DNA of 63,928 bases, counting the filler, from Reticulomyxa filosa (lineage: Eukaryota > Protista > Foraminifera): NCBI GenBank assembly GCA_000512085.1. It is 18 parts of 18 records of this genome, joined end to end, with 100 filler letters (N's around TTAATTAATTAA, not from the genome) between each part and the next. Parts side by side here need not be neighbours in the genome. Positions count along the whole stretch, not along the records: positions 24,193 to 25,896 come from ASPP01037574.1; positions 25,997 to 27,441 come from ASPP01022759.1; positions 27,542 to 35,305 come from ASPP01016162.1; positions 35,406 to 36,845 come from ASPP01018705.1; 14 more parts are not named here. One strand, given 5' to 3'. Below, piece after piece: positions 24,093-36,835 of this stretch. The number at the start of each line of letters is the position of its first letter. Positions within the stretch are counted from its first letter, which is position 1. The translations under genes were made by a program, and so were the position numbers. The notes beneath the pieces are model-generated. The model was not told the origin of the DNA and did not search any database. It saw only the letters and a program-made list of their open reading frames with translations.

Positions 24093-25996
24093 NNNNNNNN
24101 NNNNNNNNNNNNNNNNNNNNNNNNNNNNNNNNNNNNTTAATTAATTAANNNNNNNNNNNNNNNNNNNNNNNNNNNNNNNNNNNNNNNNNNNNTGGCGATG
24201 ACAGTGACAAGCCCAATGTTAAAAAAATATCTAATATTACACTTTAAATACTTTCATTGTGTGTTCAATTTTTTTTTTTCAACACTAAAATAAGTGTTTT
24301 TTTTTATTATAGATTGTAAGTGAACAAAAATATATGTGGATGCGCGCGTGTGAAAACATCAACAGAAGAATAGGTGCAGCGCAAGAGATGGTATTGTCGT
24401 TCAATGGTTTGTGGAGCTGTACCGGAAACAACATGTATTGGTTTTTCATTTTATTTTAACCCAAAAAAAAATTTAAAAAAAACAAAAAGTTACTATCAAA
24501 ATAAATTTGTTTGTGCTACAGACTTGGGGCCGAAGTACAAGGAACCAAAGTAGCTTCTGGAGAAATAACACGACGGATCTGTCGTGCAATTCCGCCAAAG
24601 GCATAGAGACGCGCTTCAAATGGACAAGCCAACATGGCAATCACAATTGCTTGCTCCAACAAATTTTTGACTTGATAAATTGTTTATGATCATGGGGAAG
24701 CGATTTGTGTGGAAGCTTGATATTATGGGAAATCGAAGAAGCCAACACATATTTGGGGTCTTGTTAAGATCCAGCAAGCAGTCCAAGACACAACATACAG
24801 CACCTTCTTTATATGGATCCACCTCAATGCAACATTGGCCGTATTCTCCGACATCGCCCTTTTCTCGTGCTCCAAATCCTGCTGTGGAAATAGCAGTAGC
24901 TCGGGCTATTCATCATACTCGAGTGACGCATCTACTCGAATACATGTTTTAATGTAATGGCTTGCATTGATCTCCCATCTGTATTATCTCGTATCCAATA
25001 TCCACATAAAAGCATCCTGCAATGTCTCCACATACTGCAGTGAGGATGATGCGTATTGTTATAACAATTACATTTGTTATAAAACCGTCTTGGAGTGTGC
25101 TGTGTTTTTTCGGATTGTACAGGTTGGATCAATTGTATCAATAGTAGAAAGTGGCTTCAAGTACTGAAAACAGTATTGCAGTGATAAAGATCTTCGGTAA
25201 CAAGGTAGATGACCATTGGACAGATGATAACGGATAACAAAATGAACATATTGCGGATTGGAATTGGACAGCTCATTTACAATTGCCGACGTTGTGCATA
25301 AGCGTATTCCTCTGGTGAATGATAACGTGAGTATCCAACGCAGTTCAGGGTATTGAAGATGTTTCAAATGGATTGTTGGAAGAAAGCACGCAATTGAGTG
25401 GGATTTAATGACTATGCGTACAGTCAATCATGTGCATGTAAATCCGAGTGCTTCTCCATTGCTGTAACACCTTTTTACCAACACCAGCGCTGATGCAAAT
25501 TGCAGTTATACGTACAAAGATATTGAGAATGTGTGTGTGTGTGTGTGTGTAAACATGAATCGATCATATTGCTAGAATTACATTCAATTTGTGTGCCAAT
25601 GGTTTGACCTTATCTATTCTCAAACGTCAGCCAGACTCGTGCAATGTCAAAATTTATCAGCAAGCTCGATCACGTATACGACAAAGGTGCATCCAATCAA
25701 ACGAGTACATTATCGATAATTGAATGTTACCTCCAAAGCGTCGTACCGAGATACGAGTGGCAATCGTCGTCACATTTGGGAAGCTAATCGATATTATTTC
25801 AAATAAGAAATATTGCTATCGAATATAATCTTTACAATGTACTGCAAATATGTCTGAAACGACGGCAGTGGTAATCAATTCTCCATTTTTTTTTTTNNNN
25901 NNNNNNNNNNNNNNNNNNNNNNNNNNNNNNNNNNNNNNNNTTAATTAATTAANNNNNNNNNNNNNNNNNNNNNNNNNNNNNNNNNNNNNNNNNNNN

Positions 25997-26348
25997 CCTG
26001 GTACCAACCCCTTTCTTCCTGGTACCAACCCCTTTCTTCCTGGGCCCAACCTCTTTCTTCCTGGGTCCAACCTCTTTCTATTCCTCTTCCTCTTTCTTTC
26101 TGGCCCCAACCTCTTTCTCTTCCTCGTCCTCTTTCTCTCTGGCTCCAGCCTCTTCCTCTTTCGGCTATTCCTCTCCCCCTGCTTCTCGTATTGCCCCTTC
26201 TTTGTCCTCGACCTCTTTCTTCACCGCCTGCTCGAACTTCACGTCGGTCTTGCCTTTCACTTTCGTTTTGGCTGTTGGTGTGCACTCGGCCCCAACCACG
26301 ACCTCTTCTAGGCCGAAAATATTGATCAGTAACGACGTATTGTGACAT
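25997..26348 (-). CDS. N-terminal fragment of an RG/GW-repeat protein
   Basis: MSQYVVTDQYFRPRRGRGWGR...ERGRGWSQ...ERGWTQEERGWAQEERGWYQEERGWYQ; cut by the contig end inside a 21-bp tandem repeat. Confidence 0.7.
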
Positions 26349-28302
26349 CAAAAATACTTTCAGTAGAACTCGATGCAAACTCACAGCTGAAATTGGCTTG
26401 TCTTGAAAAATAAAAATAAGAGTGATTTCCCCGACGACAAAAAAACTTTAGGGAGGTCGCAAAAACAACTGAACAACGTGTCAAATAATTTTCAGCATTA
26501 ATCTCAATATTCATTTTCACCTTTCTTATATCGTTTTCAATAATTAAAATAGATTATCAAACTCTATAACAAGAAAAACAGAACACAAAAGCTAAATTTA
26601 AAAAAATTGTTGCACTAGGAAAAGTGGAATGACTAAATTTTACTATAACCATTGTTATGTAAATGATATCTGTCTTAGTAATCAAGATAGTAACAATTGG
26701 CACTAGCTGTAAATTATATGGCTGTTGGTTGCTGTAGTTTAGTCATTGATATCAATTTGTAATTAGTCAATTTTTTTACAGCGATTACTGATTCCAAGAA
26801 CTTCTGTACACGAGACTACTACAAAAAATTGACAAAAAAAAAAGATTAAAAGATTTGTATCCGCAACATCTATTATCTGTCGTTTTTTGATTTCAGGTTG
26901 CCATGGACTAATCAATAGGCAAGTAGCTGATCACTTTCCACCAATAAAAAAGAAAATATGCACTGAATGCAAAATTAAATTGCCAATGGAAATATACGCA
27001 TCATTGCAATTTTAATTAATGATGGTAGTGTTGAAGATAAAAAAAAATAAAATTGGAAATAAGTATTTCAGATAAATGTGTATATATGAAAACAAAATTA
27101 GAAAAAATTTAGAAGAGTTGAATAAAGAAAAAAGAATTAAATTGAATGAAATGAATTGGTGTTTTGATTGTGAATTTCAAAAAACAAAAAAAAGAGTTTT
27201 AATGCAAATTAATGATATAACAATGACTGTTAAAAAAAATACTTGATTATCAGTTTCAGATTAAAATTTTATTTTATTTATTTTATTTGTGATAATATAA
27301 AAAATATGTTTAAATATGATTATAAAATAATGTACAAACAAATTTTGAAGAAATATAGTAGGTTGCAAAAAAAACTAAACACCGAAAATGCCAACTTATG
27401 AAGATGATAGATTTTCTTAATGAAAAACAAACATTTAAAGCNNNNNNNNNNNNNNNNNNNNNNNNNNNNNNNNNNNNNNNNNNNNTTAATTAATTAANNN
27501 NNNNNNNNNNNNNNNNNNNNNNNNNNNNNNNNNNNNNNNNNGATGTACTTGCTATCACTGTTTGCTCGTGACATTCAGTTGGCTGTAGGATTGTCTGTCA
27601 CAGTTTATTCGTTTTAAAAAAAATGGTTTGTTCAAACGTGCGACCCGGTTTGGCGTGAGGTATTTTTCCAGGCTATATTGTTGCGTGTAGCTTGATTATT
27701 GGCTTGACAAAAACAAATGTGTCGATTGTTCGATACAAAAGATAGTTGTCAATAAAACGCCTCCTGTAATCAAAACTTGGAAACGTCCCCGGACGGTGTT
27801 ATAGCCTTACAGTTTTCAAAACGATGAGTACAAGCCACTAGGCGGAAAGTGCTTTCAGAGTTGCTTGTTAACAGTAATATTTACTGATATTCACACAGGC
27901 TTTCTTATTGATAGGTTCTTTCATTAAGAGATTTCTGAAAATGCTTAAAAAAAAATTTAGAAAATCTTATGAAAATTAGAAAAAGCACGATGGCAACTTT
28001 TTTAGTGATTTACCTATGAGATGGTAAGCATAGCCAAGTTTTCAATTTGATGTATCCATCTGATTTTAAAACAGTATTTCATCAAACAGATATTTATTTA
28101 TAAGACTAGACCAAAAATAGGCAACGAAGACAATGTCTGATTAAGTTTTTTGAGATATACAAGCAAGTGAACCCAGAGAATAATGAATACAGTAAAAAAA
28201 AGGGAAACCAAGTGATAATGTGTAAGTCGCATAAAATGTATGGCCAGATTCGATTCTTGTACATAAAATAATTTCTGTTCTATTCTGTTGCAAAAATTGA
28301 TT

Positions 28303-30278
28303 TTAGCTGGAACTTTGAGCTAATACCGTACTATTTCTCATTGTTCTGGCAGTCGAAGGATTATAAGTTGCTGTTTCGGGTTCATTATGTGCAGATCCTC
28401 CTATCCAATATATTTAGATATCGCAATTACATAGTAAAAAATAGAAGCAAATGATGAGACCACAAAACTACTTTTGGAGTCACTGTTGCGATCAATGTCT
28501 TCATCGTCATTACGCGCCTCTCTTTCGGTTGGATCTTCCTTGTGATACTTCTTCAAGCTCTCAAAGAAGCTCTCAAGTGCAGCAGGTTCGTCTTTACTAT
28601 TTTTGTCGTTTTCATCTTTGGTCCAGACATATTTCTCTTTGTCTCCCCATCTCATCTTAATATATCTTTCGATCCGCGTTTTGACCGATTCCCAATGCGT
28701 TAGCACGAAACACAGTTCCAAGTGATATGAATCATACAATTCCTTACAATTGTTTAATATATCTCTCATTGGTAGAGCATGTTTTCTGTCTTTCAATTCA
28801 TAAAAGCAATGCTCGACAAGCTCCTTTGCCAGTAATGCAGATCTGTCCACTTTTACTGAGTCATTTTCGCTTGAGGCGCGAGGCGCGAGATATAAGATAT
28901 CTTCAATGCCCCAATTGTCTTTCGCTTCCTTGTCTTTCACTTCCTTGTCTTTCAATTCTGTTATATGCAAAAAAAAAAAAAAAAAAAAGAAAGTAGCTCT
29001 TCTATTAAGAAAGATGTAGAGCACAGTTGTTTGTCAGACAAAAACAAAAATGAAACTTAAAGACTCAAAAATGTATTTCATAAATCCACTAATTTTGTTA
29101 CTGTTGATGATCGCCAATGAACCTTCACATGCATAAAATAGATCTTTAGATTTCTCAAGTTTCGTTTCTAAATTGCCTACAGCATTATATACAAAGTTTT
29201 TTTTTTGGTCTTATGTCTACCACTCCATTTTTTTTTTTTAACGTATGGTGAGATTGTCCATAATTACAATATTGCCAGGAGGATATTTTTGTTCGTGATT
29301 GTCGATATCTTCAGATGTAATCAAACATTGAAAATGATTTTGTCGATACGGCCATTCAATCATTTTTGTCTCTTTTGCACTTTTTAATTCGGTAATCAAT
29401 TTGAAGAACTCTTGAATAATATCAAAAGATGAAATAGGATTGGATGAACGTTTTTTCAATTGATCAAATATATAAACGCAAATAATCTCCAAAGAACTAT
29501 TCGAAAATTTTTCTTTTATTGCAACATGTTGCCATACTTTCAAAAACAATATCGCAGATTGAGTGTTCTTTTCAACCAATTCCTCTCTCATGTAATATAC
29601 CCGAAGTAATGATAATGATGCATTCATACTCTTTTCAAAACATTTCCTTACTATGTTATTTTCTTTACTCGTACGTACAATTAGTCTTTGATGTATTGGC
29701 GCTTCATCAATCAAATCATTGGCAGCCATTTGCAATTGCTCTGAAGAAAATGGATACACATGCACATTTTGTTGGGTGTAATGAAATTCACAATATTGTC
29801 TTTTCGAAAAAGTCCAAGCTATCGCAATATGATATCCCAATCCTTTCCATTTTATTTTCAAAGAATGTTTTGAGTGTTCTAATACTTCGATTGTTTTGTT
29901 ACAAGTTTCTTTTTTTACTTTTTCTATACACTTTTTGATCCACTGGAAAATGTTAGCATGCTTTTCTGGGCATAAATTAATGGTGGATTCATCAAAATGC
30001 TTCTCTTTCAAATGATATAAAAATACTAAATATCCACAAGATATATTGGAAACAACAAGTTGTTTTTGGACACATCCTGACAGTGTCACGCCATAAATAC
30101 ATGAAAACGGGCATTTTTTATCAAAATATGTCGTATCTCGGTATTTGTCCAACAAACTGTTCACAAACTCGTTAGCGTTTTCATAGTATAACTTAATGAC
30201 ATTAGATGATGTTATTCCCAAAAGTTTCTGTGCTAATTGTTCCTGATAATTCTTTGATTCTTTTGAAATCTTACTCAT
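28303..30278 (-). CDS. 2'-5'-oligoadenylate synthetase (OAS)-fold nucleotidyltransferase-like protein with a degenerate active site, plus C-terminal exons
   Basis: Motif order matches OAS: LSGCVQKQL..NISCGYLVFL, HSLKIKW..LGYHIAIAW, SAILFLKVW, SNSSLEIICVYIF, FDIIQEFFKLI..IEWP, IVIMDNLTIRNL (last motif completed by splicing intron 29177..29242); further exons ~29060-29176, ~28450-28960 and 28303-28400. Confidence 0.65.
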
Positions 30279-31298
30279 TATTAAAAAAAAATATTAAGGA
30301 TTTTTTAAAAGTGGTCTTTAACTGTTCATTTGTTCAGCGCCGGAAATAATCCTGTCAAATTTGTTATCAATTTCCATTTTACACCAATCAGACATACAGA
30401 CGAAAAATTTGCAAAAAAAACACAATGCTTATTTATGCTTTATCCTACATCTGACATAGCTAAAAAGCAATTATTCCCACAGAAACGAATTATTTGTTTA
30501 TGATTTTTAATTAAACGAAATGTAAAATTTAAATTTATGAATGTAGAAAATTAATTTTTAAAAATATTTTATATCTTTCAAGTTTACAAAAAAAGCAAAT
30601 AAAATATAAACAAATCAACTTTTAATAAACCACTCTTTATGCTTGAGTGGCTATGAGACAAAAATAGAGACTTCAATGAGAGTTTGGAGTGGAAAGTAAA
30701 AAATAAGATTTAATTTAAGAAAAAATTTAGAGTACTTATAACTCATTTCACGTAGTCCCGTACTGTACTTTAAGGCAACATAAAAACTTTGCACAAATTT
30801 TATTTTTGATTTTTAACAAAATTTGTTCAAATAATTGTAAAACGCGCAAATTGCCTTCATTATTGACTGATAATAAAAAAATGAATATGGAACTCATAGC
30901 AAGATTACCAAAACTACACCGCGCAAGCTTTTTTGTCCATTTACTTAAAACTGGTGTGTAGCATACATAAAGTCAGGTATTAAAAAAGAAAGCAAATTCT
31001 GAGATTATGAATGATTTACTGTGTTAACATTTGATCAGTTCCGGCAGAGCATGCAGGCGCAAAGGGGTGTTGTTTCCCAATTTTTTTTTATTTAAAAAAA
31101 GTTGTTTTTTTGTGTTAAATCGGAAATTTTGAAGTATTCTATATTTTATAAAAGAAAAAGTAATAAAGTCATTCTTCTCTACATTTTCACTGCTTTTTGT
31201 TTTTCTTGAACAGAGTTGAAGGGACATAGTCACATTCGAACAACAGTTGTACGTTTTTAAAAAATAAAAATAAAAAAACAAGGGAATTCAAAGCAAAA

Positions 31299-31910
31299 AT
31301 GAGTTTATCAAATGAAAATACGCAAGAACCAAAAGAAGAAATCAATGCATCTGGCCAAACAAAGAGTGAAGATGTTATTACAAAAGCGTCAGAAGAGAAG
31401 CCAAAACGTAAAACGGGTCGTCGCAAGTCGCAATTGGATGCAAACGAAGTCCGAGAGCTTAGAGAGGCATTTGCGTATTTTGACCAAAATAACGACGGCG
31501 AGATAACAACACAAGAAATCGGCAAAGTGATGACAAAAATAGGATTGGACGTAAACGAGGAAGAATTGCGAGATATAATGAATGACTTAGATACAAACGG
31601 CGACGGGCATATGGATTTTGATGAGTTTGTAGGGATGATGGATCGTCGCATGAGTATTGGATCCCAAATAGATGAAATGAAATTGACCTTTTCAGTTTTT
31701 GATAGAAATGGTGATGGCAAAATTGACTTTGAAGAACTCAAGGAAGTGTTGTCTTGCTTGGGCGAAGAGATTTCAGACAAGGATATTAAAGATATGATCC
31801 AAGAAGCTGACACCAATGGAGATGGCTATATTGACTTTGAGGAGTTTGTTAAAATGATGTCAGCTAATGAAGATGACAATACCAAATTGTCATTGTTACT
31901 GAAAGCGTAA
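31299..31910 (+). CDS. Calmodulin-like four-EF-hand protein with a ~45-aa N-terminal extension
   Basis: ELREAFAYFDQNNDGEITTQE, DTNGDGHMDFDEF, DRNGDGKIDFEEL, DTNGDGYIDFEEF. Confidence 0.95.
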   Translation: MSLSNENTQEPKEEINASGQTKSEDVITKASEEKPKRKTGRRKSQLDANEVRELREAFAYFDQNNDGEITTQEIGKVMTKIGLDVNEEELRDIMNDLDTNGDGHMDFDEFVGMMDRRMSIGSQIDEMKLTFSVFDRNGDGKIDFEELKEVLSCLGEEISDKDIKDMIQEADTNGDGYIDFEEFVKMMSANEDDNTKLSLLLKA

Positions 31911-32700
31911 AGGCTAACTGAACAAACAAGATTTAATGTAAAAAAAAAGGGGAGATCTGAAAAAAGAAAGTTTTAAAAATTTTTTATCTTTATTTTTGTC
32001 TGTTTTGGCTTTTTTTATTTTTTTTTCTTTCTCGGTTTTGTGTTCAAAGGAAATTTTTTCTTTTGTTTTTTAACTGTTTTTTTTTTTCCTCTTTTTTTTT
32101 AAAAATCTAGTTTTGTTTATTCATCCCTTTTTCTTTTTCTAACACAAAGATTGGTCTGGGAAACAAACAATTTTGTGCTGATAGTGCTGGTAAAAGAATG
32201 TTGAGTGTTTTGTTCTCATTGTGGGTAGTGAAGCATGCACGTAAATAAAGCATTTTGAAGGATCTTCTGTGAACGTTTTTAGAAAAGTTCTTCCCTAAAA
32301 AGAAATTATGCCCACGCTTCTTACAAATCTCGGCAATGGCAGTAAAATTTGCAAAACAAATGCATAGTTCAAAAGCTAATTAGATTGAGATGATATTTCT
32401 TCAATCAATCTATTGGTTATCCGTAGAACTTTTAAATTTGTTAAACAAACCAAAAAGATTTGGATCATATGAAAAAATTTCTTTATAATATACGTTTTAG
32501 GGTAACATTGTGAAGTGATTAAATTTTCTTTTTTCTTACTTATTTCTTGTATTTCACACAAAAAAATTCAACACCAATTTATGCCATAGCCTAAAATTAG
32601 GCTGAGCATTTTATTTTTATTTACTTCCGAAAAGAATTGAAATGGTCATATCAAAAACGAACAAAACATCGAAACGATGACAGTATAATAAGACGACCAA

Positions 32701-34661
32701 TTATGTTTTTTTGTTTGGATCAGACACATTATTGGAAGTGGATGATGCACGAGAAGCATTTGCCTCAGCAGTCGAGGTGAGATTGCTATTGACAGCATTT
32801 GCAGTTTGTGGAGGGGTGGTGGAAGCGTGCTGTTCAGTAGATTGTTTAGAACTACGGACATTGGGATCAGATTTATTCATCTGATTGTTGTTTTGAAGTG
32901 TTGTGTTGGATTGTGGCAAATTTTTAAAAGACATCTCTTTCTTTTTGTTAACTACAACTTCAATGAGTGGTTGTTGTCCGTCTGGGGGAGTAACTGTAAT
33001 TGTGGGATCAGAAAACTGCTTTGATATTTTTTGTTCTGGGGGTGAGGGAGGTAAATCCTCCGCCGATCGTTCCATTTCAAGGCGTGTCCATGGCGCAAAT
33101 AGGTCCTCACGAACGTCTTCATTGCGACTCCCAATGGAAGAGTAGGACTGCATGGGTTGTGGAGAGGAGGAAACTGCCTCCGTAAGCCGACCACCTACAT
33201 TCAGGTACGAAACAAACTGGGAAGCTTCTTTCGGATTGTTTTTAAAGTCTTCCAACACTTTGGCCAAAAATCCTACATTCACTTCCATATCAGGATCTTG
33301 CAGGGTCAGCAAACGCTGTAATTCTTGTAAGGGTTGACTTTATTTTTGGATATATGGAAGGGGGAAAAAAAAAACTAAAGAAGTATTGTATACGTTTCAA
33401 TCTTTTTGTTTGTTTGTTTGAGCGTAGTATTGTATGTACAGAAATGCAATGTGTAACTCTGTAGAGTCAGGTTTTTCTGTTTGTGAGGCCTGGTCGATGA
33501 CTTTATCAGGAGAGTCAAGTTCATCAGGAATCGGAGGGAAGGAAGATTGTTGAGATACGTGTGTTTGAGAGTGTAACGAAGAGGAAAGAGGAGGACAAGT
33601 TTTTTCTTCTTTATCGTGAAGAGTTGTTGCGGAATCGGATTGGGATCGTGTTAATGATTGATTTTGGGATAATCCATGGCTAGGGTGTGTCTGTGTCTGT
33701 GTTTGTGTTTGTGTTTGTGTTTGTGTTTGTGCGGATGACAGCAATTGCGCTTTTTGTGGCTGTGGTTGTTGCTGTTGCTGTGGCGTTCGTGACAGTTGTG
33801 ATTGTTCGGAAGCGGGTTCAACAAATTCTTGTTTTGTAGTTTGCAGTGCTTGTTGCTGCTGTCCCAGCATTTGCAGTAACCGCTTGTGCTCAAACTTGGC
33901 ATTGGACTGTTCCAAGGTCTGCTCGCCATCCACTTTGTGCTCTTTCGCACCTTGCTCCACCAATGCCTCTCGCAACTCCCCGAGGGTGACTCGGTTCAAT
34001 GCCAATTCTCTGCCCTTCTCAATCACATTCAAGTTCACGCTACTCAATTGGTCCAATGGCAAATCAAACAGCTATTATCAAACAACACAACACAATGAAC
34101 TTTGTGCAATTATTCCCCTTTCTATATGTATATGTATACGTATACGTATACGTATACATATATAATAGAAAGGGGAATAATTGCACAAAACTTCAGTCGG
34201 ATTAGCCACTGAGGCTGTAGGAGAAGAAAAGACATTATTCAGAGTGGTGACGTCACTATAAATGTCTGCAACACTTTTGGACCGACGCATGAGAGGATGT
34301 TTCTTGCCAGAAGTGGTGGCTGTGGCGAAGACGTCTCCGCCGGCGGTGACGTTGGCATTATGCGGGAGAATATAACATATATCTTCGGGCTTGCACTTGC
34401 TGACCGAAGCCAGGCGCTTGTGCCAAATGGCTCCACTTCGCGTCTGAAAGCGAATCTGAACCGAATTCACAAAAATTGCACGAATGCTACAACGAATTAC
34501 CTTATTGCAAGGTACAACATAGCCAAATTCCAACTTCTCGTCCATTTCTATCACATCCACGAATTCGATTGATACATGGTCTGTCACTTCTAACGAGTGA
34601 TTGAACTATATAAATATATGTATATAATGTGTGTAAAATGTGAGGGCGAAGGCAATCAATG

Positions 34662-34695
<34 letters not shown>

Positions 34696-35305
34696 CATTG
34701 ATTGGTTTCCATCCTTGCAAACGCATATCAATATCCAATTGAAGACGGTCAACGGCAGCACCGGTCATATCGTCGGTGCCTACGACGAGTCCGTCATCGC
34801 GTATTCCGAAATAAATAGCCCCTCCCATGGAATTGGCGAATGCATTGAGATATTTATCGCACACTTCGGGAATGGACTTGATGGTCCAAGGATTGGCATA
34901 GAGTTTAAATTCGTGCTGTTTTGTTTCCGGCACGTTCAGATGCGTATTGAGGACATACTTGTCGGCGTCAAAGCGCGTAAAGCCTCGTCCGTCCAAGTAG
35001 TACTTTTGAATATCTTCCACATTCACTCGCTCGGTCGTGGTCACGTCCGTCGCGATATGGTCGCAATGGTTCCAATCCAAGTTGCCTCGGAAGTATAGCA
35101 TTTGCTGTGGCAAAAACACTTGTTGAAATAACAGCTGTTGATTCGGACGACTGTGATTTAAGCCGGCATTCAAAAACGTGTTAATATCCGCCGTAAACCG
35201 ATACATTTGATTATTGCGTTCGCAATGAATCCATCCACATTTGTTATCTTGAAGAGGTGGTTTTACCACTGTGCCTCGTAAAAACGGTTCTTTTTTTTTT
35301 TGTAT
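32701..35305 (-). CDS. Multi-exon Schlafen/AlbA_2-domain protein with an upstream cold-shock/OB-like segment and a Q/S-rich tail; 5' truncated
   Basis: PETKQHEFK...CDKYLNAFANSMGGAIYFGIRDDGLVVG (AlbA_2 signature); upstream RGTVVK...KCGWIHCE...YRF. Confidence 0.85.
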
Positions 35306-36709
35306 NNNNNNNNNNNNNNNNNNNNNNNNNNNNNNNNNNNNNNNNNNNNTTAATTAATTAANNNNNNNNNNNNNNNNNNNNNNNNNNNNNNNNNNNNNNN
35401 NNNNNTTCCTTTGCTTTTTTTTTAAATTTGTTTTAATGCCCTTTATTTGATTTTGCAGGAACATTTTTTTGTTTGATATTTCATGAACACATTCAAATTT
35501 TATTTTTTATTTTATTTGATATGTTATTTTAAATATTTCTTTATTTGAGAAAATTTTTTTTTTTTAATGCCAAAACAAAGCAATACATACTTTTTTAAAA
35601 TTATTTTATTTTTGAATCATTCAATTTTTGCATATTTTTTTTTATTTGAACTGTTTTATTGCAAACTTTCCTGACATTGTCGAAAAAACTTTGTTTGTCA
35701 ATTTTTTTAATTTTGTCCATCATCACATGTTCAGTCTATTATTTTATGTTTTGTTTTTTTTCAATCAAACATACATTTAAAATAATCACACAATTCATTC
35801 ATTTTCCTTGATTGCTTTTACAACATTCATGATTGCAATAGACGCTCAACACTGGAATTCTCCTTTTTTTCTTTTTTTTTTCGCCAATACATTTATTCGT
35901 GTTCAGTTTGATTTGTCTTAGTACATTTTTATTAAAGTTAAATTTTCCTCCAATCAAATGCACACTGTGTTATCTTCATTCAACACTGTTGCATATTTCA
36001 AAATTTTAGCTATTATAGAATTTCGAACATTTTTCATCTGTTTTCACGAATGTAATACTTCAATATGATCCTGGCAGCATATTTTTCACGAACAATCCAA
36101 CAATATCCACCAAATGTCCAGATAAATCATTGACACATACATATCCATTTGTAGACTTGTACAACATATATGTCAACAGCCAGCAGATGGAATTGAAAAA
36201 TGTTTTTATCCTCGTCGTAAAAAACAACATTTCATTGTTTCTTTGCTTTTGTTTTTCATTCGTTTGCACCATTTCTTGTCCATGTTTTGGATGTAATATA
36301 AAGCACTCAGTTTAATTAAAAAGATGAAGAAAAAATGTGTCCCTTTGAAAAAAACTTCTTTGTAGAAAAGAAATTTTTTTCTATTGTTGTTAACACATTA
36401 TTATTTGAATTGAAAAAACTTAGCAAAGATTTTTTTAATAAATAATTATAGTTTCAATTTCTAATATAAAATAATAAACACTGAACAACAAATAATTTAT
36501 GAGATCATTTCTAAAAAGTTTTCGTTGAAAATCTAATTACAGTATATTGCAGAAAAAACTGCCATACCTAAATAGCATTATATGAAGAGAATCGATTTTC
36601 TTCATGAAAAATAAAGATTTAAACCTAATTTTTAAAAAAAATATCTAGTAATCTTGTAGTTTTTAAATATTAAATTGGTTTTATAATAAATTTTTTCTAG
36701 GTTGATCAA

Positions 36710-36835
36710 AAATATGATTTTTTGAATCGAAGCTATACTTATATTAAATTTCTTTGCTACAGATCGAATGCTAGCTCCACCAACCGGTATACAACAGCAA
36801 CCTTTTCTTAAAAGCAATCAAATGTTTCACTATTT
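36710..36835 (-). mobile_element. Possible Tc1/mariner transposase N-terminal HTH remnant
   Basis: GASIRSVAKKFNISIASIQKII resembles the paired-like HTH of Tc1-type transposases; short and frameshifted. Confidence 0.4.

Noticed and set aside
26560-27260. Protein-like fragments (ICTECKIKLP...) and similar decayed stretches at 56880-57570, 59100-59780 and 62210-62480
   Set aside because: Probably pseudogene debris, but no family could be supported by eye.
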